This document shows, piece by piece, positions 44,690-55,500 of a DNA stretch of 64,000 nucleotides. The notes beneath the pieces were generated by a model. The model saw only the letters and a program-made list of their open reading frames with translations, did not search any database and was not told the DNA's origin. The stretch is taken from contig JBCCCO010000003.1 of NCBI GenBank assembly GCA_039033475.1, positions 724 through 64,723 on the forward strand, in the 5' to 3' direction. The translations under genes were made by a program, and so were the position numbers. The DNA is from Pseudomonadota bacterium (lineage in GTDB: Bacteria; Pseudomonadota; Alphaproteobacteria; Rhizobiales; CBDHHC01). The stretch's first letter is position 1. The number at the start of each line of letters is the position of its first letter.

Positions 44690-46201
44690 ATGGTCAGATC
44701 ATTAAAGAATAAGAATGTACTTTATATTTTTATATGTGCCTTAAGTGTAATTGCTTTAATTTTGTCTCTTGTAGAAACGAGCATTGCGCAAAGGTTTTTA
44801 TCTGACCGTTCTGTTTCAGTACAAAAGAGTTTTCCGAAAGGTCCCAAATCTGTTGCAGATGTTGCAGAACCTTTGCTTGATGCGGTTGTGAATATTTCGA
44901 CATCTCAAAAGGTTAAAGGGGATGAAGGCGTTCCTCTACCAAATATTCCAAGAGGTTCTCCTTTTGAAGAATTCTTTGATGATTTTTTTAATCGTAAACA
45001 GAATAATGATCAGCAGCCACGACAGGTTAGGTCTCTAGGCTCAGGGTTTGTCATTGACCCAAGCGGTTTAATTGTCACCAACAATCATGTGATCGAAGAG
45101 GCTGAAGAAATCATTGCCAGTTTTAATGATGGCACCAAGCTTAAAGTCATTAAAATTCTTGGCACTGACCCCAAAACAGATTTGGCCCTGCTAAAGGTTG
45201 CTCCCAAAAAGCCTTTAAAGTCAGTAACTTTTGGAAATTCCAGTCCTATTCGAGTGGGGGATTGGGTCATGGCTATTGGCAATCCGTTTGGTTTGGGCGG
45301 AAGCTTAACTGTTGGTATTGTATCTGCAAAAAAGCGTGATATTAATTCTGGGCCTTATGATGAGTTTATTCAAACGGATGCAGCAATTAACCGTGGAAAT
45401 TCGGGTGGACCGTTGTTTAATATGGATGGCAAGGTCATAGGAGTTAACACAGCAATTATTTCACCAACTGGCGGGTCAATTGGAATTGGTTTTGCAGTTC
45501 CTTCAAATACAGCCAAGCATGTTATCAATCAGTTGCGCAAATATGGTGAAACCCGTCGTGGATGGCTTGGTGTGCGCATACAATCCATTACCCCTGAAAT
45601 TGCTGAAAGCTTAAATCTAAAAAACCCTAAAGGGGCTTTGGTCGCTAGTATTACCCCCGGCAGTCCTGCGGCAGAGGCGGGACTGACGACAGGTGATGTG
45701 ATTGTTAAATTTAACAGTAGTAAAATTGAGACAATGCGGCAATTGCCGCGTGTTGTTGCGAACACTGAAATTGATGATTTCGTCAATATTGAATATATCC
45801 GCAAAGGCAAAAGGCATGCTGTTAAGGTTCGTATTGGGCGATTGCAAGAAGTGAAAGCAGATGGGCCTGCACCAGTTGAAGATAGTAAAGATGTGAAACA
45901 GTCTTTGATAGGTCTTACTGTTTCTAGTCTTACGGAAAAATTGCGTAAGACTTATAAAATAGACAGCAAGACACAAGGGATTGTTGTCACAAAGGTCGAG
46001 CCATCGAGTATTGCAGAACAAAGGAATATCAAACCTGGAGATGTTATTATTGAAGTCGCACAAGAAGAAGTGAAAAGCCTTATTGAAGTGCAACGCCGTG
46101 TTGAGCGCATCAAAAAATCAGGCAAAAATAGGGTGTTGCTTCTATTGTCCGATAGTAAAGGTGATCTTCGCTTTGTTGCTGTTCCTATTCAGCAAAAGTG
46201 A
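44690..46201 (+). CDS. periplasmic serine endoprotease DegP/HtrA family
   Basis: Signal anchor, TNNHV, TDLALLK and GNSGGPLFN catalytic motifs, and two PDZ-like C-terminal domains. Confidence 0.9.
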   Translation: MVRSLKNKNVLYIFICALSVIALILSLVETSIAQRFLSDRSVSVQKSFPKGPKSVADVAEPLLDAVVNISTSQKVKGDEGVPLPNIPRGSPFEEFFDDFFNRKQNNDQQPRQVRSLGSGFVIDPSGLIVTNNHVIEEAEEIIASFNDGTKLKVIKILGTDPKTDLALLKVAPKKPLKSVTFGNSSPIRVGDWVMAIGNPFGLGGSLTVGIVSAKKRDINSGPYDEFIQTDAAINRGNSGGPLFNMDGKVIGVNTAIISPTGGSIGIGFAVPSNTAKHVINQLRKYGETRRGWLGVRIQSITPEIAESLNLKNPKGALVASITPGSPAAEAGLTTGDVIVKFNSSKIETMRQLPRVVANTEIDDFVNIEYIRKGKRHAVKVRIGRLQEVKADGPAPVEDSKDVKQSLIGLTVSSLTEKLRKTYKIDSKTQGIVVTKVEPSSIAEQRNIKPGDVIIEVAQEEVKSLIEVQRRVERIKKSGKNRVLLLLSDSKGDLRFVAVPIQQK

Positions 46202-46247
46202 AATTTTATCGTAAGTTTTTTTATCTCAGCTTAAAAACATTAAAGCC

Positions 46248-47180
46248 TCAAGGTGGTAAGAAGGCAAAATTTTCAGCCTCTTCTTGCAGCCAAGCCAAAA
46301 ATGCTGCAACTGGTTTTTCTCGGCATCGTCCTTTGCGGGTAACAAAATAATACCCATAAGGTGAGGGCAGTGTTAGCTCAAAAGGGCGGACCAGCCGTCC
46401 TGCTGCAAGGTCTGGCGCCGCAATGGCGATTCGCCCTAAAAGCACGCCTGCGCCATCAAGTGCGGCTTGAATGGCATGATCACTTTGCTGAAAATGCTGA
46501 CCTTGTGAACTGTCATCAATAAGGATATTTGCATTTTTAAACCACCTGGACCAATCTGGAACATTTTGCTCAGGAAATAATGTTCCATGATCATGTAGCA
46601 GGCGATGTGATGTTAGGTTTTCGGGATGCTTTAAAGTAGCACTTTTACGCTGCATCAGGTCGGGCGCGCACATTGGTGTGTACGCTTCGCCAAAAAGACG
46701 AATACTGTCGAGCCCGTCATATTTTCCGTGACCATGTCGTATAGCAATATCGACGTCCTCTTTGTGCAAATTAATCGCACGACTTGTCGTTGTAATCCGC
46801 ACCTCAATTGCAGGAAAGCGCTCTTCAAAGTGATAGAGCCGAGGGACAATCCATTTCGCAGCAACAGAAGGGCCTGTGCTGATCACCAAAACAGAATGAG
46901 TTTTGATGGAGCGAACTTGCTTGACAGCATGTTCAATGCGGCGAAACCCTTCTTCAACTCCTGGCCGTAACGTTTCACCCGCTTCGGTCAATTCGATTGC
47001 ACGTGTCAACCGGGTAAACAGCTTAGTATCAAGATAAGCTTCCAATGTACGGATTTGATGAGAAACAGCAGAAGGTGACAGGCCAAGCTCAGCTGCGGCT
47101 TCTTGAAAGCTCAAATACCGTGCAGCGGCTTCGAAAGCACGCAAGGCTGTAAAATGTGGAATTCGCTCTGCCATACGCAT
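46248..47180 (-). CDS. LysR-family transcriptional regulator (GcvA-like subgroup)
   Basis: HFTALRAFEAAARYLSFQEAAAELGLSPSAVSHQIRTLEAYLDTKLF is the HTH region. A LysR substrate-binding domain follows. Confidence 0.85.
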   Translation of the reverse strand: MRMAERIPHFTALRAFEAAARYLSFQEAAAELGLSPSAVSHQIRTLEAYLDTKLFTRLTRAIELTEAGETLRPGVEEGFRRIEHAVKQVRSIKTHSVLVISTGPSVAAKWIVPRLYHFEERFPAIEVRITTTSRAINLHKEDVDIAIRHGHGKYDGLDSIRLFGEAYTPMCAPDLMQRKSATLKHPENLTSHRLLHDHGTLFPEQNVPDWSRWFKNANILIDDSSQGQHFQQSDHAIQAALDGAGVLLGRIAIAAPDLAAGRLVRPFELTLPSPYGYYFVTRKGRCREKPVAAFLAWLQEEAENFAFLPP

Positions 47181-47289
47181 GAATATAATTCATCTATCAG
47201 AGAAAACAATCCTTTTGTCAAAAGATACTTCAGGCATTATTTTAGTAATATAGATTTAAGCTAAAGACCTAGAAAAAAGAGGAGAAATT

Positions 47290-47409
47290 ATGACATTTCA
47301 TGGGAATACAGATTTTAATGATCCAATTTTTAGAGAGCGAGCTGGCCGTGAAAGATCAAAAGCGATACTTCAATTTTTTAGAGGTATAGTGAGCTTTTTA
47401 CATTTATAG
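47290..47409 (+). CDS. candidate small ORF (39 aa)
   Basis: AGAGGAG lies 5 nt upstream of the ATG. Product is MTFHGNTDFNDPIFRERAGRERSKAILQFFRGIVSFLHL. It is divergent from the LysR gene and was not in the ORF track because it is under 60 aa. Confidence 0.35.
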   Translation: MTFHGNTDFNDPIFRERAGRERSKAILQFFRGIVSFLHL

Positions 47410-47413
47410 CTAT

Positions 47414-47634
47414 CCCCAAAATTAATGAAACGATTAATTTTGGGGTTCAAACGCCACTAAGGCTTACGCCGCTAAGCGGCGGGCCGCACTTGCGGCCTTT
47501 AGCCAATTTCTCTACCATGTCATTTTTTATGAAATTGGCTATATAGCTGATTAGAAACTTTTTATAGGAAAAGTTTCTAGCGCTCAAACGGCGCTAAGCG
47601 GCAGGTCACACTTGTGGCGCTAGGCCAATTCTCT
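47414..47634 (+). repeat. two tandem structured units, each a perfect hairpin plus a GC-rich block
   Basis: Hairpin 47414-47445 has a 13-bp stem, followed by block 47448-47513. Hairpin 47552-47579 has an 11-bp stem, followed by block 47585-47634. The blocks share CAAACG.C, GCTAAGCGGC, CACTTG.GGC and CCAATT.CTCT. Confidence 0.7.
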
Positions 47635-47815
47635 GAATTTACAAAAATATTACGAATTAGCTATATCTAGCAAAAAACGGTTTGAAACGAAACACCATGA
47701 GGCCATGTTCACAACTCTTCACACTTTCTTGAGATTTGCCTATTGTTAACTGAAATCCAGATCTTTTTCACGTATAGTCACATGAACTGAGATGATTTTG
47801 ACAAGCGAGATTGAT

Positions 47816-48304
47816 ATGCGATTGAACAGACGTGATATACTACAAGGCGTTTCATCCGTTGCAGCAGCAACCCTAATCGGGGCAAAAACCACCATGGCCA
47901 AAGAAGTTGAGCGTTTAGAACTAAGTGATGAGGAGTGGCGCAAGCGGTTGACTTCGGAGCAGTACCGTATCCTCCGTAAAGAAGGTACAGAGCGGGCCTT
48001 TACCAGCGAATTAAACAATGAAAAACGCGAAGGTGTGTATCACTGTGTGGGCTGTGATTTGCCATTGTTTAACTCGAGCGCCAAATATGACAGCAGGACA
48101 GGGTGGCCCAGTTTTTATGATGTTATTCCAGGTCATGTGGGCACCAAAATAGATTATAAGCTGATTTATCCGCGCACAGAATACCACTGCAAACGATGTG
48201 GTGGGCATCATGGCCATGTGTTCAGAGACGGCCCGCAACCAACAGGCTTGCGTTATTGCAATAATGGCGATGTTTTAATATTTAAGCCAAAAGCAGACGC
48301 ATAG
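47816..48304 (+). CDS. msrB: peptide-methionine (R)-S-oxide reductase MsrB with a Tat signal peptide
   Basis: MRLNRRDILQGVSSVAAATLIGAKTTMA carries a twin-arginine motif. CVGC and CKRCGGHHGHVF motifs mark a Zn-type MsrB. Confidence 0.9.
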   Translation: MRLNRRDILQGVSSVAAATLIGAKTTMAKEVERLELSDEEWRKRLTSEQYRILRKEGTERAFTSELNNEKREGVYHCVGCDLPLFNSSAKYDSRTGWPSFYDVIPGHVGTKIDYKLIYPRTEYHCKRCGGHHGHVFRDGPQPTGLRYCNNGDVLIFKPKADA

Positions 48305-48331
48305 GTTTTATTAATCAAGAGGATGAAATGC

Positions 48332-48979
48332 ATGAAACAGAATGCTTTGTTGAGAGTAGCTATATTACCAAGTGCAATGATGCTTATTATGTTAGCGAGC
48401 ATAACTTACAAAGCTTATGCAGATACCAGCACATACAAAACAGCGATTTTAGCCGGTGGGTGTTTTTGGTGTGTGGAATCTGATTTTGATAAGGTTCCTG
48501 GCGTTGTTGAGACAACATCTGGCTATATCGGCGGAAAAATTCAGAACCCGAGTTATCGCCAGGTTGCGTCTGGACAAACAGAGCATATTGAAGCGGTAAA
48601 AGTTGTCTATGACCCCAAAAAAATATCGTACGATAAAATACTGTTCTATTTTTGGCGTACAGTTGATCCCACAGATAAGGGTGGGCAATTCTGTGATCGC
48701 GGCGCGAGTTATCGTACGGCAATCTTTGCAGTTGATGATGAACAATTAAAACTAGCGCAAAAATCCAAAGCTGACTTGGAAAAGTCAGGTGCTTTAAGCG
48801 CGCCTATTGTCACTGAAGTTAGAACCGCAGGTCCATTCTATAAGGCTGAAAGTGGTCATCAGGATTTCTACAGAAGAAATCCAGTCAGATATGCAACCTA
48901 TCGTTATGGATGCCGTCGTGACGCCCGTGTGAAATCCTTGTGGGGTAAGCAAGCTCATGGCGGTTTGAAAAAACATTGA
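48332..48979 (+). CDS. msrA: peptide-methionine (S)-S-oxide reductase MsrA with a Sec signal peptide
   Basis: MKQNALLRVAILPSAMMLIMLASITYKAYA, then GGCFWCVESDF. The alternative ATG at 48323 abuts the SD. Confidence 0.9.
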   Translation: MKQNALLRVAILPSAMMLIMLASITYKAYADTSTYKTAILAGGCFWCVESDFDKVPGVVETTSGYIGGKIQNPSYRQVASGQTEHIEAVKVVYDPKKISYDKILFYFWRTVDPTDKGGQFCDRGASYRTAIFAVDDEQLKLAQKSKADLEKSGALSAPIVTEVRTAGPFYKAESGHQDFYRRNPVRYATYRYGCRRDARVKSLWGKQAHGGLKKH

Positions 48980-49006
48980 TTTATAATTAAAATTTCACGG
49001 GTTGTT

Positions 49007-50110
49007 TTAGCTTAGACCATGCGTAAGTACTTTTTTCATGACACTTGGTAAAGCTTCATCAAAAACATTTTTTTGAGGCACCCATTTACATGTACTGGGT
49101 TGTGCGCAGTCGTTAAGAGTAGCATTGGATGAAACGGTAGAACGATAAACGACAAGTTCCAATTTGAAGTGCGTAAATGTATGAGACACAATACCAGGAA
49201 CCTCTACCCAATTTGTGTCAACAGGGCCATTTTTATTGAGAGTAGGGGCCTCTAAAGATGGTTGTTGTTCACGCCACTCTGTGGACGGAACCTCCATCAT
49301 GCTGCCAAGCAGTCCTTTTGGGGCGCGCTTGCGCAGCAAGACCTTTCCATCCTCACGAAGCGCTAAAAAAGCAATGCCTTTGCGCACTGGTCGTTCTGGT
49401 TTTGGGCGTTTTCGCGGCAATTGGGCCGCAATGCCCAGAGGGTGCGCTTTGCAAAAATTTCGAATAGGGCAAATCATACAAGATGGGTTTTTAGGAGAGC
49501 ATATTGTTGCACCTAAATCCATCGTGGCCTGCGCATAGTCCCCAGGGCGGTTTTTGGGGGTAAGACGAGCAGCAAGCTGTTTTAGTTCTGCTTTTGCATC
49601 TGGTAAAGGTGTTTCAACCGCAAACAGCCGTGCGATAACGCGTTCTACATTACCATCAACCACAGTAGCCGGCTGACCAAATGCAATGGCTGCAATAGCA
49701 GCTGCGGTATAAGGACCAACACCAGGCAATGAAAGTAATTCCGTTTCTGTATTTGGAAATATACCATTATACTGTTCAACAATATGCTTAGCACATGCAT
49801 GGAGGTTTCGAGCCCTACTATAATATCCAAGGCCGGCCCAGGCTTTTAATACATCATCAAGGTCGCTAGCGGCCAAATTTTCCACACAAGGCCAGGTTTG
49901 CAAAAACTTTTGAAAATAAGGGCGGACTGCTTTAACGGTTGTTTGCTGCAACATAATTTCAGAGAGCCAAACAGCATAAGGATCAACGGGTTGGCCTGGT
50001 TCGGCACGCCACGGCAAAACGCGTCGTGATACGTCGTACCAGTCAAGAAGCGCGTTAGATAGTTCATGTAATGGTGTCTCAGATATCACATCTTTTGTTG
50101 AGTTGTGCAT
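49007..50110 (-). CDS. mutY: A/G-specific adenine glycosylase MutY
   Basis: HhH-GPD region (LPGVGPYTAAAIAAIAFG), an FeS cluster loop (CSPKNPSCMICPIRNFC) and a NUDIX-like C-terminus. Confidence 0.9.
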   Translation of the reverse strand: MHNSTKDVISETPLHELSNALLDWYDVSRRVLPWRAEPGQPVDPYAVWLSEIMLQQTTVKAVRPYFQKFLQTWPCVENLAASDLDDVLKAWAGLGYYSRARNLHACAKHIVEQYNGIFPNTETELLSLPGVGPYTAAAIAAIAFGQPATVVDGNVERVIARLFAVETPLPDAKAELKQLAARLTPKNRPGDYAQATMDLGATICSPKNPSCMICPIRNFCKAHPLGIAAQLPRKRPKPERPVRKGIAFLALREDGKVLLRKRAPKGLLGSMMEVPSTEWREQQPSLEAPTLNKNGPVDTNWVEVPGIVSHTFTHFKLELVVYRSTVSSNATLNDCAQPSTCKWVPQKNVFDEALPSVMKKVLTHGLS

Positions 50111-50208
50111 GGAAATCTGTCCATCTTGTTCGAATCATTTATAAAATATTAACTCTGGTTGAGATTTATAGAATGACTTATTATCAAGTCATCAAATATG
50201 AATGTTGT

Positions 50209-50850
50209 ATGGTCAAGCTAAGTTCTAAAACATTAGGCCCAAGAGGAAATGCGTATCGTAAGCCATATATTCACGCCAAGAGTCTTGGTACGCTATTTCC
50301 GAAGATAACCAAACATATTTTTGAAAAATATGGATTTTCAACGTCTCAGCTTATCTCTGAATGGAAGACAATTGTAGGGTCTGATCTGGCAGCGTATACG
50401 CGCCCCGAAAAATTAAAATGGCCTAAATATAATCCAGAACTTCTGGGTGAAGGCAAAACGTCAGGTGTTGTAACGTTATCTAAAAATAGTCGTAAACGCC
50501 AAGGAGCTACACTTGTTCTGAGAGTTGAGAGTGCGCGCAGCTTAGAAGTGCAGTTTAGCAAAGACCAAATTATGTCGCGTATCAATACCTACTATGGCTA
50601 TGAAGCAGTTGTAGACTTAAGGCTTTTACAGGCTCCCTTGTCCCCTGTAATGACATCGACATCTCCTTTCAATGTGTCTGCGGCAAAACCTCAAAATGTT
50701 AGGTCTTTACCTAAGAGTATTCCTGCTACTTTGCAGAATATCCAAAACAGTGATTTGAAACAGGCTCTTGAGCGTATGGCAAAAGGTGTGCAGCTGCGCC
50801 AAGTTGAGGATGTTGATACCTCTCATGCGATGAGTGCCAACAGATCTTAA
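50209..50850 (+). CDS. DUF721 (DciA-like) protein
   Basis: LGTLFPKITKHIFEKYGFSTSQLISEWKTIVGSDLAAYTRPEKL...LVLRVESARSLEVQFSKDQIMSRIN. It is divergent from mutY, as in many alphaproteobacteria. The ORF-track start at 50071 would overlap mutY. Confidence 0.65.
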   Translation: MVKLSSKTLGPRGNAYRKPYIHAKSLGTLFPKITKHIFEKYGFSTSQLISEWKTIVGSDLAAYTRPEKLKWPKYNPELLGEGKTSGVVTLSKNSRKRQGATLVLRVESARSLEVQFSKDQIMSRINTYYGYEAVVDLRLLQAPLSPVMTSTSPFNVSAAKPQNVRSLPKSIPATLQNIQNSDLKQALERMAKGVQLRQVEDVDTSHAMSANRS

Positions 50851-51021
50851 TCACAAAAACTTTTATTTGCCTCATATATTGAATGCCTTATTGCATATAA
50901 GTAGTTATAAGAGTTATAGCGCATTTTAGAACTCATCAGAATATGAGAACACAGTGGCTGGAATTTTCATGCAAAATGGTCTGGAAATAGCCCAAAAATA
51001 AAACTTATTGGAGGCATCACC

Positions 51022-51741
51022 TTGATACACACAGATAATACCCTTAGAAGGGGCAAATTCCGAACTTCTATTATAAATATTTGCTTTACTATTTTTGTAT
51101 CTCTTGTTCTTGCAGGATGCTTTGAAGCGTCAGAAACAGAAGACACATCTAAAAAGCAAACCGAAACCAATACAGCATCTTCTAACGCATCTTCGACAAG
51201 CCCTTCCAATCTTGAAGGAGAGGGATCTTTACCTGAAAAAATACTTGGCAATAAAGACGCACCTGTAACAATTATTGAATATTCTTCAATGACATGTCCT
51301 CATTGTGCTGCTTTTCACAGAAATACTCTTCCGGATTTGAAGAAAAAATATATCGATACTGGAAAAGCAAAATATATTTTACGAGAATTTCCGCTGGATG
51401 ATTTGGCAACAGCAGCATTTATGCTCGCCCGCTGCGTAGATCCAGAAAAATATTTTCCTTTTATCGAAGTGCTTTATCAACAGCAACGAACATGGGCGCG
51501 CGCACAAAATCCGCTTGATGTGTTATTATCAATATCAAAACAAGCAGGGGTTACTGAAGAAAAATTTAATGCTTGCCTTCAGGATCGTACTTTGGAAAAC
51601 AATATTCGCAAAGTGAGAGAGCATGGCGGTGCAAAATATAACGTTAATTCTACGCCCACATTTGTCGTTAATGGACAAATCCTTAGAGGTGCAGAAAGCC
51701 TGGCGACTTTTGAACGGATTATGGCACCTCACATCAAGTAG
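51022..51741 (+). CDS. DsbA-family thiol:disulfide oxidoreductase lipoprotein
   Basis: Lipobox LVLAGC and CPHC active site. TTG start lies 8 nt after GGAGG. Confidence 0.8.
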   Translation: MIHTDNTLRRGKFRTSIINICFTIFVSLVLAGCFEASETEDTSKKQTETNTASSNASSTSPSNLEGEGSLPEKILGNKDAPVTIIEYSSMTCPHCAAFHRNTLPDLKKKYIDTGKAKYILREFPLDDLATAAFMLARCVDPEKYFPFIEVLYQQQRTWARAQNPLDVLLSISKQAGVTEEKFNACLQDRTLENNIRKVREHGGAKYNVNSTPTFVVNGQILRGAESLATFERIMAPHIK

Positions 51742-51774
51742 GTTCACACTTGAAAATTTAGGTTTGGTTATAAA

Positions 51775-52509
51775 GTGATAAATCGGCGATTCATGTTCAT
51801 GGGTTTGGGAGCCGCGTCCTTGTTTCATTTAGGGGGATGTTCTGGTTCTCAAGTGCTGAAAACGCAGACGGCCGATTTTCGTGTAAGTGAAGATGATAGT
51901 GATGATATTGGGGATGGCAAACGCCAAAGCGATGTTTTCCTAGATGAAAAGGGGTTGCCATCTCAAAAAGACTTAATGAAACCGGGCCCTTTGGGAGAAA
52001 AGTGGTTAGGGGCTGAGAATGCGCCGGTAACTATGATCAAGTATGCATCTCTTACTTGTCCGTTTTGCCGTGTCTTTCATTTGAAGACCTACCCGGATCT
52101 CAAAAAACAATATATCAACACGGGCAAAATTCGCTATATTTTGAGAGAATTTCCAATCGGCCACAGTTCTGGCGCTGCAACCATTGTGATGCGTTGTTTG
52201 GGGCAAGACAACACCAAGATGTTCTTCGCACTCTATGATAAATTTATTACCCAGCAACAGGCGTGGGTCTCATTAGATGTGCGCCGGGATGCGATCTACC
52301 AGGTTGCATCACAGGTGGGGATAACCCGCAAGCAGTTTGACACTTGTTTTGAGAATCAAGAGATAATCGAGGGGCTGAAATGGGTAAAGCAAAGAGGTCG
52401 AGATCTGGGCGTAACAGGAACACCAACATTTTTCATTAATGGCAAGAAAAAACGTTCTGTTATTACTCTTGATGACATCCGTGAAATGGCAGGCTCTGCC
52501 TTAGCTTAA
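51775..52509 (+). CDS. DsbA-family thiol:disulfide oxidoreductase lipoprotein, paralog
   Basis: Lipobox HLGGC and CPFC active site. It is a tandem paralog of the preceding gene. Confidence 0.8.
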   Translation: MINRRFMFMGLGAASLFHLGGCSGSQVLKTQTADFRVSEDDSDDIGDGKRQSDVFLDEKGLPSQKDLMKPGPLGEKWLGAENAPVTMIKYASLTCPFCRVFHLKTYPDLKKQYINTGKIRYILREFPIGHSSGAATIVMRCLGQDNTKMFFALYDKFITQQQAWVSLDVRRDAIYQVASQVGITRKQFDTCFENQEIIEGLKWVKQRGRDLGVTGTPTFFINGKKKRSVITLDDIREMAGSALA

Positions 52510-52554
52510 GGGCTATTGTTTAATCCCTTTATATTCTACTTGGGGGAGTATCAT

Positions 52555-55500
52555 GTGCGCATAAATGGTCTGAGATTATTGGGCTTCAAGTCTTTTGTGG
52601 AGCCAACAGAGCTGGTCATCAACAGTGGTTTGACAGGTGTTGTTGGTCCCAATGGATGTGGGAAATCCAATCTGTTGGAGGCGTTGCGTTGGGTTATGGG
52701 GGAGACCTCTTACAAAACCATGCGGGCTTCGTCTATGGATGATGTGATTTTTGCTGGGACAGACAACCGTCCCGCCCGCAATATGTCAGAAGTGACAATT
52801 ACTTTAGATAATTCTGAGCGCAAGGCTCCGGCAGAGTTTAACGGCAGTGATGTTTTGGAAGTTACGCGGCGCATTGAACGCGATTCTGGATCATCATACA
52901 AAATCAATGGTCGTCCGGTGAGGGCGCGTGATGTGCAGCTGATATTTGCAGATGCATCTACGGGAGCGCGTTCTCCAGCTCTCGTGCAACAAGGCCAAAT
53001 TGGTCAAATCGTAAATTCCAAGCCAGAAGCGCGGCGCCGTATCTTAGAAGAAGCTGCTGGGATTACAGGTCTGCATAGCCGCCGTCATGAGGCTCAACTG
53101 AGGCTGAAAGCTGCTGAAAGCAATATGGAGCGATTGCAAGATATTGCAGATCAGCTCACATCACGGTTCAACAGTTTAAAGCGCCAGGCCCGTCAGGCTA
53201 GCCGTTATAAAGTACTCTCAGAACAGATTCAAAAAACAGAAGCCATTGCGATGTATCTCAATTGGCAAATCTCTAGTCAAGCCGTTGATAAATACGAACA
53301 GAGCTTACAGGGCGTTCTCAAAGATATTGGTATTCATACACAAAGTGAAGCTGCTGCTACAACCGCACAGACAGAGGCGTCAGACGCTTTGCAGCCACTG
53401 CGCGATCAAGAAATGACCCGTGCGGCTATTTTGCAGCGTTTAAAGATTGAACAACACGCTTTGGATAAAGAGGAGCAAACCACCAAACAACGTCTCCAGG
53501 ATTTGCATGAGGCACTTGAAAGTTTACAACAAAATCTTGAGCGCGAGCAAAATCTTATTGTTGAAGGACAAGAAAGCTTAAGTCACTTGTCTCAAGAAGA
53601 AAAAGAGCTGCACAATAATTCTCAGGGTAATAAAGATAAAGAAGACGATGCCAAAGCAAATTTGGAGAGCTTACAAAACGAGCTGACTTTTAAAGAGAAG
53701 TCTTTGTCGGAACTTACACAAAAGATTGCAGACCATCGTGCACAAACCAATCAATTCAAAAGTGTTATCAGTCAGCAGAACTCTCGGTTTCATGCTCTTA
53801 CAGAACAAAACCAAAAAGTTAATCAACAGCATAATGAGCTGATACAAAAAAACTCAGAGCAGAATACAATTGCAGAACTTAGTCAGTCCATAACAGCTTT
53901 AGCAGGGCATGTTGCACAGCTTGAAGCCAAGGTGTTGGCCTATGAGCAGGATCATATCACAGCTCAAGATGATGAAAAAAGTACGCGGGAGATTGTCGCT
54001 GAGGCGAAATTGCATGCCGGCCAACTGGAGACAGAAGTCCGAACTTTAACAAAACTGCTTGTTTCTCCTGCAACTCAAGAATGGCCCCCCGTCATCGATC
54101 ACATTCAGGTGCAACCAGGGTATGAAATGGCTCTTGGATCAGCGTTGGGTGATGATTTGGAGGCTTCAATTGAAGATGAGGCGCCTTTTCATTGGCGGGT
54201 GCTTGATGATCTTTTTGATGAGACACTTCCTGAATTGTGTACGCCTCTGACAACGTATGTTCGGTCACCAGCACAACTTGGTCGCCGGTTGGCACAAATT
54301 GGCGTTATTGACGCAGCTCTTGGCAAAAGTTTGCAAAATCAACTTAAGCCAGGTCAGCGTTTGGTTTCTAAAGAAGGTGATTTGTGGCGCTGGGATGGGT
54401 ACAGCTCTATGGCAGATGCGCCAACAGCTGCTGCACAGCGTCTGAGAGAGCGCAACCGCCTGACGTATTTGCAGCAAAACTTAGAAGAAGCGTTACACAG
54501 GTTGGAGGCGAATGAAAGAGCTCACCAAAGTGCTGTTACAAAGGTGCAAGATATACGCAATAATGAACAAGAGGCGAAACAAAAATGGCGAAGCAGTCAA
54601 AGTGAGCTTGAACGGGCCCGTGAAATGCTATCGAAATTTGAGCGGGAGTCTCAGGAAGAAAGCAAAAAAATAGCAGCCTTAGGGGAGGCAAAAAATAGGA
54701 TTGCTGTTGATTTGCAAGAGGTTGCAAAAATAAGACAAGATACAGAACGCAGCCTAACAGCTCTCGGAGAAATCGGTGCATTAGAAACAGCTCAACAGAG
54801 CTTGCACTCAGAGTTAAATCAAACTCGCCATGCATTTAGTGAAACCAAAGCAACACTGAGCGGATTGCAGCGCGATACACAACAACGTGACGAGCGTCTG
54901 AAGCGCATCACATCAGAACGAGATCTCTGGACAAAGCGTGTTGCAAGTGCAGAGCATCAAATCAAAGCGTTATCCAAACGAACTGAAAAGGCGACTCAAG
55001 ATTTAAAGACTTTCGATGATTTTGAAACACATTTTCAAGATCGAAGAACCAAACTGCTCAACGAGATTTCAAAATCAGAACAAGGACGCCAGGTTGCAGC
55101 TGATCAGCTTGCTGATATGGAAAATACTGTGCAGACCACCAGCCAAGCTTTAAAATCCGCACAAGATAAACTGAATGAAACAAAAGAAGAAAAAGCAAGA
55201 ATTGAAACCAAACTTGAAGCTTCTCGGGAGCGTTTGTTGGAACATGCAAGCCATATACTTTCTGCGCTAGAATGTACTCCAGAAGAATGTCTTAAAGTTT
55301 CGGGATTTGAGGTGTCTGATACTCTTCCGGATTTGGTGGAAAGTGAAGCACAGCTTAATAAATTGAAAAAAGAGCGTGAGCGACTAGGTGCGGTGAATTT
55401 GCGCGCTGAAGATGAAGCAGAAGAGCTTGATCAACAGCTCACAGGCATGAAGAATGAGCAAGCGGACCTGGAACAGGCGATTAGCCGGTTGCATCAAGGT

